Source of the DNA: an uncultured Nitrososphaerales archaeon
GTDB lineage: Archaea; Thermoproteota; Nitrososphaeria; Conexivisphaerales; DTJL01
Reading direction: 5' to 3'
Assembly (NCBI GenBank): GCA_964475215.1
Contig: CAYYVT010000171.1
Coordinates: 1 to 47,980, forward strand
Length of the DNA stretch: 47,980 bases
The notes under the pieces were generated by a model, which saw only the letters and a program-made list of their open reading frames with translations, had not been told where the DNA came from and made no database searches. Positions 1-7,707 of this stretch are shown in pieces; the first letter of the stretch is position 1; each line of letters opens with the position of its first letter. The translations under genes were made by a program, and so were the position numbers.

Positions 1-431
1 GGCTGCCGAGGCTGGCTTCCGACGGAGTCCTGGTGGCCGGCGATTCGGCCATGCTCGCCAACCCCATCACGGGGGAGGGGGCGGACCTGGCGGTGCTCTC
101 GGGGAAGCTGGCGGGGGAGGCGGCGACCCTGGCCAAGAAGGCCCACGACTTCTCGGGGAGGTACCTGGACGTCTACAGGAGGGCCCTCGCGGGCTCCTTC
201 GTCCTTAGGGACATGAAGAAACAGGAGGGGCTTCTCCGCTATATCGAAGAGAACATCGACATCATCGATAGGTACCCAGAAGCTGTGAACGCGGCGCTGG
301 AGGAGTGGTTCAGGGTGGATGGAGCCACAAGGGGCGAGAAGATGAAGAGAATCACAGGCATCGTTATATCGAAGAGAGGGCCTGCGAAGCTGATCCGGGA
401 CATGTACGTGCTGGGGAGGAAGCTGATTTGA
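1..431 (+). CDS. fixC: FAD-dependent oxidoreductase, FixC/ETF-quinone oxidoreductase family (C-terminal part, 5' truncated by window)
   Basis: Frame open from base 3 (LPRLASDGVLVAGDSA...GEGADLAVLSGKLAGEAA), the second FAD motif of the FixC/geranylgeranyl reductase family; stop overlaps a FixX-type ferredoxin. Confidence 0.8.
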   Translation, partial: LPRLASDGVLVAGDSAMLANPITGEGADLAVLSGKLAGEAATLAKKAHDFSGRYLDVYRRALAGSFVLRDMKKQEGLLRYIEENIDIIDRYPEAVNAALEEWFRVDGATRGEKMKRITGIVISKRGPAKLIRDMYVLGRKLI

Positions 432-691
432 GGCTGGAGGAGAAGCTCTACCTTCTGCGCCACGTCGTCGACGAGAAGTCTCACATCAGCGTTGACGAAG
501 AAAAGTGCGCCCAGTGCAGCGACAGGTTCTGCCTCGACATCTGCCCAGCCAACGTCTATTCCTACAACGACAGGAAGGTCTTCATCGCCTTCGAGAACTG
601 CGTGGAGTGCGGCACATGCAGGATAGCGTGCCCGTTCATCAACTGGGTGAACCCCCTGGGGGGCACCGGCATCTCCTACAGGTTCGGCTGA
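428..691 (+). CDS. fixX: Ferredoxin-like protein FixX
   Basis: TTG start overlapping the fixC stop (TTGA); CxxCxxxxCxxxCPA and CVECGTCRIAC motifs, C-terminal P-GG-G-SYRFG typical of FixX. Confidence 0.88.
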   Translation: MRLEEKLYLLRHVVDEKSHISVDEEKCAQCSDRFCLDICPANVYSYNDRKVFIAFENCVECGTCRIACPFINWVNPLGGTGISYRFG

Positions 692-859
692 GGGGCCGGC
701 CCTGGGGCGCATTACTTATCCGAACCTCCACTGACCGCGCCCGGAGGAGGCCCGGTCGTTGCCTGCGGAAAGGCTAGGGAGCACGCCGATTTCCGACGAG
801 CCGACGGACGCCATACATACGACAAGGCTTTTCAATGAAGGGGCCCCGATACCTTCAGT

Positions 860-2197
860 TTGAAGGGGAAGCTAATTGACATCAGGGTCCCGCCGCCGGG
901 CCCGAACGCCAGGAAGATAGTCGCCCGGGCGGATAGGGCGCTGTCGCCGTCATTTTCGAGGTTCTACCCTCTGGTGGTGGAAAGAGCCCACGGGTGCATG
1001 GTGAAGGACGTCGACGGTAACACCTACATCGACATGAATGGAGGGATTGCTGTCTTGGCCGTTGGATCTACCCCTGAGCCGGTGGTGAAGGCCATCAAGG
1101 AGCAGGCGGACAAGTTCTTGCATTACTCCTACACCGACTTCTACTACAGGAGCATCGTCGACCTCGCCAACAAGCTGGCCGAGATAACCCCCGGCTCCTT
1201 CGAGAAACAGGTCTACTACGGGAACAGCGGGGCGGAGGCCGTCGAGGCCGCCATGAAGCTGGTCCGCTTCCACACGAAGAGGCCTCGCTACCTTGCCTTC
1301 GCGGGAGGCTTCCACGGCAGGACCATGGGATCCCTGTCTCTGACGGCCAGCAAGCCAACGCAGGTGAAGGGGTTCTCAGCCATGGTCCCCGGCGTGACCC
1401 ATGTGCCCTACCCCTACTGCTATAGGTGCCCGTTTCACCTGAAGTTCCCCGAGTGCGACTACTATTGCGTTGACTTCATAGGCGAGCAGGTCCTCGAGAA
1501 GTACGTGCCACCGGAAGAGGTGGCCGCCATCTTCTTCGAGCCCATACAGGGAGAGGGGGGCTACGTCGTCCCCCCCGACGACTACTTCAGGCGGCTGGAG
1601 AAGTTGCTCAGGCCCTACGGGATACTCCTAGTCGATGACGAGATCCAGTCGGGGATAGGAAGGACGGGGAAGTGGTTCGCCATCGATTACTTTGGGGTCA
1701 AGCCAGACGTCGTCCTGATGGCGAAGGCCATGGCGGCCGGCCTTCCTCTGAGCGCCATGGTGGCCAAGAAGGAGATCATGACATGGGGGCCGGGATCGCA
1801 CGCATCGACCTTCGGCGCTAACCCGGTGGCGGCGGCAGCGGCCTTGGCCACCCTCTCCATGATCGAAGACCAAGGCCTTCTAGCCAACGCTGTCAAGGTC
1901 GGCGGCCACCTCAGGAAGAGGCTTGAGGAGATGAAGGAGAAGTACGAGATAATCGGCGACGTCAGGGGGAAGGGCCTGATGATAGGGGCGGAGATCGTGA
2001 ACGGCAGGAGGAGGAAGGAGTTCGGTGCCAAGCACGTGGAGAACATCCTCGATTATGCTTGGAGACACGGGGTCCTGCTCATAAGCTGCGGCAAGTCCAC
2101 CCTTCGCTTTGCGCCTCCGTTGGTCATCGACGATGATACTGTTGACGAGGCGATGGAGGTCGTAGAGGCGGCCGTGGCAAGGGAGAACGGTTCCTGA
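860..2197 (+). CDS. Class III PLP aminotransferase (4-aminobutyrate/ornithine aminotransferase family)
   Basis: NSGAEAVEAAMK, FHGRT, EPIQGEGG, DEIQSGIGRTG, PDVVLMAKA (PLP Lys), HASTFGANP. Confidence 0.93.
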   Translation: MKGKLIDIRVPPPGPNARKIVARADRALSPSFSRFYPLVVERAHGCMVKDVDGNTYIDMNGGIAVLAVGSTPEPVVKAIKEQADKFLHYSYTDFYYRSIVDLANKLAEITPGSFEKQVYYGNSGAEAVEAAMKLVRFHTKRPRYLAFAGGFHGRTMGSLSLTASKPTQVKGFSAMVPGVTHVPYPYCYRCPFHLKFPECDYYCVDFIGEQVLEKYVPPEEVAAIFFEPIQGEGGYVVPPDDYFRRLEKLLRPYGILLVDDEIQSGIGRTGKWFAIDYFGVKPDVVLMAKAMAAGLPLSAMVAKKEIMTWGPGSHASTFGANPVAAAAALATLSMIEDQGLLANAVKVGGHLRKRLEEMKEKYEIIGDVRGKGLMIGAEIVNGRRRKEFGAKHVENILDYAWRHGVLLISCGKSTLRFAPPLVIDDDTVDEAMEVVEAAVARENGS

Positions 2198-2245
2198 CTT
2201 GGCCGCGTGGAGGAGCCACTGGCCCGGGGCAAGTCTTCGCGGGGG

Positions 2246-2905
2246 CTAGGCGCCTCCCTTCCCTTCTTTCAACTCGCCCATCCTCCAAAGGTAGAGAGAA
2301 GCGACGGTGCAGTAGGGGTGCCACTTTGACCCGATTTCGGCCACCTCCCGTTCGCTGGGGAGGTGATCAAGCTCGTAAAGCTTCATCACGGCCGCCCTTA
2401 TGCCCAGGTCCCCGGTCGGAAGCACGTCCTGCCGGCCCAGGGGGAAAATCAGGAACATCTGGGCGGTCCACCTCCCGATTCCCTTGACTTCGCAGAGCAT
2501 GGAGATGACCTCCTCGTCTCCCTTCATGAAGAGGGAACCGAGGTCAAGGTCTCCTCCGGCGACGCGACCAGCCAGGTCCTTTAGGTATTCGACCTTCCTT
2601 CTGGAGAGGCCGGTCCGCCTTAGTCTGTCGACGTCGGTGGCCAGAAGCTCAGGAGGAGTGGGGAAGCGGTCTCCGTAGAGGTTCTTGAAGCGGCCCATTA
2701 TGGCTTCGGCGGCGGATCCTGCTAGCTGCTGAAAGATGATGCTGACCATGAGGGCCTCGAAGGGCTCGAGGCCGCTTCGAAGCCGCAGCCTGCCCACCTT
2801 CTCGACCACCGATTTCAAACGTGGGTCGGCTCGAATGATGTAGGCAATGGCCCTTGCCATCTCGCTTGAAGTGAATCTCTTCCCGAACCTCCAGGTCGGT
2901 TCCAA
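2246..2905 (-). CDS. alkA: DNA-3-methyladenine glycosylase II (AlkA-like, HhH-GPD)
   Basis: IIFQQL, GLSRRKVEYL, HhH motif VKGIGRWTA, LPTGDLGIR, WHPY-TVASLYLW. Confidence 0.9.
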   Translation of the reverse strand: MEPTWRFGKRFTSSEMARAIAYIIRADPRLKSVVEKVGRLRLRSGLEPFEALMVSIIFQQLAGSAAEAIMGRFKNLYGDRFPTPPELLATDVDRLRRTGLSRRKVEYLKDLAGRVAGGDLDLGSLFMKGDEEVISMLCEVKGIGRWTAQMFLIFPLGRQDVLPTGDLGIRAAVMKLYELDHLPSEREVAEIGSKWHPYCTVASLYLWRMGELKEGKGGA

Positions 2906-2984
2906 TTCCCCAGTCTCAGGGCTCCCTCCTGCAGGTGGCTCATAAAGCTAGGGCGTAAGGCACCAGGGCCATCCATCTGGTTGC

Positions 2985-4790
2985 CTACTTCGTCCGCTCG
3001 ATGGAGAAGGCGAGGTTCCTCAGGCCATCCTCCAAGGCATCGAGCGCGGGGACGAGGTCGGACACCAAACCCACATCGCAATATCTGAAGGAGGAAGCCT
3101 CTGGGTCGCTGTTCACCGAAAGGACCAGCCGGGCCCGGCGCAGACCAATGTAGTGGTTCGCGGACCCCGAGACCCCGACCTCCACCATGAGCAATGGGTG
3201 GACGGACCTCCCCGTGAGGCCCACCTGGGCCTGGGGCGGAGCCCAGCCCGCGTCGACGACCTTCCGGGTGGCGGCCACGGCCGCACCCATCCCTGTGGCA
3301 TAGGATTCGAGGGATTGGAAGGCCTCCAGGGAGCCCACCCCGAACCCGCCGCAGATTATCACCTTTGCCCTGTCCAGATCCCCTCCCCGTGAGCCCATTC
3401 TGACAGTTCGAAGGACCAGCTTTGCGTCGGCAGAAGCAGAGGGCTTGGTTTCCAGGCTTCGCACAGATGGCTGTCCGGGCGCGAACGAAAGCAGGGGAAA
3501 GACGCCAGGGCGAACAGTGGCCATTCGCGGCGAGGTCTTGGAGATAACTTCGGCCATCACGCTTCCGCCGAAGGCGGGCTTGACCTGAATGAGGTCCCCT
3601 CTGCGGTGAAGGGAGATGTCCGTGGCGTCGCCCGTCAATCCCAGCCTGAGGGAGGCCGCCAACCGTCCGGCCACCTCCCTTCCTTTCACGGTGGAGGGTA
3701 TCAGGACGGCGAACGGCCTGTCGCGTTCAATCGCCTGGCGGAGGGCCATCGCGTCCACGAAGGCCGATGGAGTGCCCGAAGGGACGCTCAGCCGCAGCAC
3801 TTCTTCGGCTCCCGCCTTGGCGGAATCGGCCACCAGGTCCTCCACTACGTCGGGGGCGATGACCGCCACGGCCGTGAGGCCAAGGCCTCTGACCTTTCCC
3901 ATGACTTCTTGGGCGGTGCGGGCCTCCTGGGAACCCGCCATCACGACCACCCAGACGGGCTTGGGTTCGGTCGCCCTCGACATGTCGACCGCTTCGGAGG
4001 GGGCTTCGGCCAAGAGCCTGCCGACCTCCGCAAGACACTTGGATGCGGCCGACGGTAGGTCATTCCTCCCGTCGAAGATCACGGGCCTTCGCTGGTAGGA
4101 GGCATCGAAAAGCGACTTCACAAAGGTGGGTGAGCCCGAGGCGCCGAAGAGGCTCATGTCGGACGAAAGGGAGGATGCAGGCCAGCGCTCTACGGGCATC
4201 TGAACGGCCTTCACCCTAGCCTCCTCCGAAGGGATCCTCGGATGGTTGATCTTCTCGTTGACGCTGAGTACTGCAGGAGGCTCCACCTCGTAGGTCTCGG
4301 TCCCCTCTTCGAAGTCCCGGACGACCGTTATCGTAGAGCCGTTCACCTCGATGGACCGGGCGTTGGTGACCAAGGGTGCTTCAAGTAGCTGGGCGATCTC
4401 AGGTATCACTTGGGATGTCTCTGCGTCCACGCTCGACACACCACCAAGCACCATGTCGAACCCAAGGCGTCGGACCGCCATCGAGAGGGCCGTCGAGGTC
4501 GCCAGCGTGTCGGAGCCCGCGAAAGCTGGATCGGTCAAGAGGACGGCCCGGTCTGCGCCGGCAGCGAGGGTCGAGCGGAGGACCTCGTCCGCGGAGGGAG
4601 GGCCCATGCTGACTGTGACGACCTGACCTCCCTCTTTCTCCTTCATGATGACGCCAGCCTCCACCGCCCTTCGGTCGAAGGGGTTAATGGCGTTCTTAAC
4701 GCCCTCGCGAATCAGGGTGTTGGTCTCGGGGTTGAAGCGAAGCTGGGAGACATCTGGAACCATCTTGACGAGAACGACGATGCGCAGCAC
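2985..4790 (-). CDS. Fused electron transfer flavoprotein beta+alpha subunits (FixA-FixB fusion)
   Basis: N-half ETF-beta (VLVKMVPD, INPFDRRAVE, GSDTLATS); C-half ETF-alpha (KPAFGG, TVRPGVF, ATRKVVDAGW, QVGLTG, GVSGSANH). Confidence 0.92.
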   Translation of the reverse strand: MLRIVVLVKMVPDVSQLRFNPETNTLIREGVKNAINPFDRRAVEAGVIMKEKEGGQVVTVSMGPPSADEVLRSTLAAGADRAVLLTDPAFAGSDTLATSTALSMAVRRLGFDMVLGGVSSVDAETSQVIPEIAQLLEAPLVTNARSIEVNGSTITVVRDFEEGTETYEVEPPAVLSVNEKINHPRIPSEEARVKAVQMPVERWPASSLSSDMSLFGASGSPTFVKSLFDASYQRRPVIFDGRNDLPSAASKCLAEVGRLLAEAPSEAVDMSRATEPKPVWVVVMAGSQEARTAQEVMGKVRGLGLTAVAVIAPDVVEDLVADSAKAGAEEVLRLSVPSGTPSAFVDAMALRQAIERDRPFAVLIPSTVKGREVAGRLAASLRLGLTGDATDISLHRRGDLIQVKPAFGGSVMAEVISKTSPRMATVRPGVFPLLSFAPGQPSVRSLETKPSASADAKLVLRTVRMGSRGGDLDRAKVIICGGFGVGSLEAFQSLESYATGMGAAVAATRKVVDAGWAPPQAQVGLTGRSVHPLLMVEVGVSGSANHYIGLRRARLVLSVNSDPEASSFRYCDVGLVSDLVPALDALEDGLRNLAFSIERTK

Positions 4791-4903
4791 ATGCCGTCGA
4801 AGTTCATTTCATTAGGAGAGAATTATGGTTTGCCTCGTTCCAGCGGGCGGGGCAAGAAAGGAGACAACAGATATACGCGCCCGCAAGGCGAGGGAACCTC
4901 GCT

Positions 4904-5623
4904 GTGCCCGAACCCGAATTGAGCGACCAAGGAGAACTGGGCTTGGAGCAAGACGAGACCAAGCGCAGGATGATGGTCGACCTCATCCCGTACATTGTGT
5001 CCGTCTACCTGAGGGCCCAGTCGGCGATTTCTCCGGCCGGCCTGCTTTCAAAGGCCCTTGAAAGCTCCGGGAACGCGAGCTCGGGAGGGCCGAGCCGCAG
5101 AGAGGAGCTCACCGCGGCGCTCAGGGGCGTAGAAGAGCTCAACCTAAGGCAGGAGGGGGACGGGTTCGTCTTCGACCTCGACAGGAAGATGATGCTGGAC
5201 ATCGTGAGGCTTCATGTCACCAAGGCCTACATTCACGAGGGGTCGCATGGGGCCGCATACGTGGTCGACCCACCGAGCTTTGGATATCCGCTGGACGCCG
5301 CGCTGAGGCTCCCGATGAGGAGCGTGTTCGTAAAGCTCCTGGATTCGGAAGTGACGACGGACGTCGAGGCCGACATTCTGGAGGTCGCGGTGAAGCTCTC
5401 TCCATCTCAGCTCTGGGTGTTTACGCTGGGAAACCCCAACGTAGACTCGAGGCTGAGCCCGCAGTTTCGCTCTGAAAACAGGGTCCTCTTCGGCCGGCTC
5501 AGGATCCTGGGCCTCAAGACGGTCCTTGACGAATACCTGGGAGGAGCCTACACTTTGGACGTAAAGAAGGGAGAGAAAGGCTACCAGGTGAAGGCCACGC
5601 CCGGGCGGTCAGCCCAGGCGTAA
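4904..5623 (+). CDS. Hypothetical protein
   Basis: 239-aa ORF with ordinary globular composition filling the gap between etfBA and the convergent protease gene; no family recognised. Confidence 0.65.
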   Translation: MPEPELSDQGELGLEQDETKRRMMVDLIPYIVSVYLRAQSAISPAGLLSKALESSGNASSGGPSRREELTAALRGVEELNLRQEGDGFVFDLDRKMMLDIVRLHVTKAYIHEGSHGAAYVVDPPSFGYPLDAALRLPMRSVFVKLLDSEVTTDVEADILEVAVKLSPSQLWVFTLGNPNVDSRLSPQFRSENRVLFGRLRILGLKTVLDEYLGGAYTLDVKKGEKGYQVKATPGRSAQA

Positions 5624-6037
5624 GATCCCCGCCTTGGGGTCTATCTCCATCTTGAACGACTTCAGGAAGGTCCTGCCGAGGACCATGTCGAACGGAGAAA
5701 GCGGGGATGTGTCGAACTCCGTGATCAGCGCGTCCACGTCCTTCACCGAAAGGTCACCCAAGGAGACCTCCTTCAGGGTGATCTGGATGCTGCGCTCCAT
5801 CCCCCTCATGTCTAGGACCATGGGCGCCCTATCGGGTCTGAACTCCATCCAACTGCCATGTGAAAGGGTGGCTTCGGGGTATCCCAGCTCTGAGGCGTCC
5901 TGTCTGCCCAGATAGCAGTAGTCGAAGTTGTAGTCCAAGAGGCAGCTCAGCTCCATTATGCGGGTGTTGGCTCCCTTCACCCTGCACCAGAGGATCATGG
6001 GGTCCTTGAGCGGGAACTCCAGCACTTCATTCACCAA
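5609..6037 (-). CDS. Retropepsin-like (clan AA) aspartic protease homologue, degenerate motif
   Basis: LLDYNFDY in place of hhD[TS]GA, plus A-ELG, V-LGDL-VKDV and FDMVLGRTFLKSFKMEID C-terminal signature. Confidence 0.75.
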   Translation of the reverse strand: MVNEVLEFPLKDPMILWCRVKGANTRIMELSCLLDYNFDYCYLGRQDASELGYPEATLSHGSWMEFRPDRAPMVLDMRGMERSIQITLKEVSLGDLSVKDVDALITEFDTSPLSPFDMVLGRTFLKSFKMEIDPKAGILRLG

Positions 6038-6437
6038 GGGAGACGGCCAGAGATGACATGTCTAGCTTCACCTTCGCCCGTGAAAGAAGCGATGCCCCCA
6101 GGACCACGTCGAAACCAGCCTCCTGGGGAAGGTCGTATGCCAGGAACTCCACGTTCCTGAAGACCTGGCCTCCCAGGCTGACTTCGTCGACCCTTATGAG
6201 CGGGGCGTCGAGATACCCCGCAAAGGTCGCCACGGTCATGAGGTTGGCCGGCCGAGTTATGAAGTCCGTTGATGGGTCCTGAATCGCTTCGCCATACCCC
6301 AGCGCGTAGGCGTCCACTTTGGGCATGATGCAATAGGAGGCTGCGGAGTCGACGAGGCCCTCATACTCCCTCACCTTGCCGTTCCTGCCCCTGAGCCTGG
6401 CGAACAGGATCGGCACGCCGCGAGTTCTGGGCTGCAT
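6027..6437 (-). CDS. Retropepsin-like (clan AA) aspartic protease
   Basis: LVDSAASY (variant of DSGAS), AYALG, VSLGGQVFRNVEF, FDVVLGASLL. Confidence 0.8.
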   Translation of the reverse strand: MQPRTRGVPILFARLRGRNGKVREYEGLVDSAASYCIMPKVDAYALGYGEAIQDPSTDFITRPANLMTVATFAGYLDAPLIRVDEVSLGGQVFRNVEFLAYDLPQEAGFDVVLGASLLSRAKVKLDMSSLAVSLGE

Positions 6438-6445
6438 GGAGGACC

Positions 6446-6676
6446 CTACATCAGCACCGTGTATCCCGCGTCGCCGCCATAGACTATGCAGATGTCGCCG
6501 TATTTCGTGAGCTTCATCCTGAGCCTGTACCTGTCAACGTCCTCGGCCACCACGGTTCCGGCCGTGGGCTGGCCGTTCTGGTCTCGTTTCGTGACGATCA
6601 TGGCCACCCACCTGTTGGGGTACTTCTCGTGGATGGCCTCGAGGGTCAGTTCCTCCTGGGTCGTCGAAGAGCTCAC
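6446..6676 (-). CDS. Small DUF5678-like protein
   Basis: GTG start at 6676 (VSSSTTQEELTLEAIHEKYPNRWVAM...G-VVAED); KYPNRWVA...G-VVA pattern; this family commonly precedes retropepsin-like genes. Confidence 0.65.
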   Translation of the reverse strand: MSSSTTQEELTLEAIHEKYPNRWVAMIVTKRDQNGQPTAGTVVAEDVDRYRLRMKLTKYGDICIVYGGDAGYTVLM

Positions 6677-6690
6677 TGGGTCGTCTCCGC

Positions 6691-7707
6691 CTAGGTCGCG
6701 CCGTTGAATGAGCGCAGGGCCTTCTTGACGGCCCCCTTCGCCAAGTCCACCCGGAACGCGTTCCCCGTGCCGTAGGTCAGGGGAGTCGCCCCGCTGAGCG
6801 CCATGTTGGCGGCGTCGCTGATCACGTCCTCGGTGAGCTGTTTGCCTGCCAGGTACGACTCGGCGCTTGGCGCCCTGTGGGGCTTGACGTCCACGCCTCC
6901 CAATACCACGCGGGCGCTGCTGACGGTACTGCCGTTGAAGGTCGCCGTGATGGCGGCGGAGGCGAGGGCGAAGTCCCACGTCCCCCTGTCGCGCACCTTG
7001 TAGTAGACGCTCTGGGTGTTGGCCGCGGGCGTGGGAACATGAACTTCGGTGAGTACCTCGTTGTACCCGACGGTGTTCTCCTTGACTATGCCGTCCTGCA
7101 CTGTGATTCCAGGGATAAGGTCGTCCATGCTGACTGTCCTAGAGCCTGAAGGACCCTGCACCGTCGCCTCGGCGTTCAGGGCGTAGAGGGCCGGAGCTAT
7201 GTCCCCGGCATGGACCGCGTAGCAGAGCCTGCCTCCGAACACGCTGTGGTAGAAGCGGTTATCGCCGATGGCGCCGTAGCAGATGCTGCCTCCGTTCCGC
7301 CAGCAGTCGTAGTCGTAGCGCAGGTACCAGCACCAGACCTCCTGAAGCAGGTCGCCGGCGACGGTGCCGACGTTCCTGATCTGAGGGGTGGCGATGGATC
7401 CGGCCGCCTGGGCCAATACGGCGAAGTATTGGTTGGTGTTCGCGTCGTTCTCTAAGGTGCTGATGTTGGTGGCACCGCCTATCCGCAGGCCGTCACTCTG
7501 GGTGAACGTGATGTAGTTCAGGCCCAGGTTGCTGATGTCTACCACGTAGTAGGGGATCTGGGTGGAGATGTTGTTCTTGATCCTCGAGATTATGTCGGAG
7601 CCGCCCGAGATGATCTTGGCGCTTCCTCCGGCACTCGTGAGGTGGCTGATGGCGTCGCTGACGGAAGTGGCCTGATAGTAGCCGAACTTCTGGACTTCGG
7701 TTCTCAA
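6691..7707 (-). CDS. Xanthine dehydrogenase-family FAD-binding subunit, PaoB/YagS type with [4Fe-4S] insert
   Basis: ISGGSD, ATPQIRNVGTVAGDL, four Cys in WCWYLRYDYDCWRNGGSICY...RLCYAVH, KVRDRGTWDFALAS; TTG start overlapping the upstream stop. Confidence 0.92.
   Translation of the reverse strand: MRTEVQKFGYYQATSVSDAISHLTSAGGSAKIISGGSDIISRIKNNISTQIPYYVVDISNLGLNYITFTQSDGLRIGGATNISTLENDANTNQYFAVLAQAAGSIATPQIRNVGTVAGDLLQEVWCWYLRYDYDCWRNGGSICYGAIGDNRFYHSVFGGRLCYAVHAGDIAPALYALNAEATVQGPSGSRTVSMDDLIPGITVQDGIVKENTVGYNEVLTEVHVPTPAANTQSVYYKVRDRGTWDFALASAAITATFNGSTVSSARVVLGGVDVKPHRAPSAESYLAGKQLTEDVISDAANMALSGATPLTYGTGNAFRVDLAKGAVKKALRSFNGAT

Noticed and set aside
305-427. N-terminal extension of the listed 128-aa ferredoxin ORF
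   Set aside because: Overlaps fixC; FixX similarity begins at TTG 428
6677-6979. N-terminal 101 codons of the listed 177-aa ORF
   Set aside because: Out-of-frame overlap with the FAD subunit; the protein-like part starts at GTG 6676
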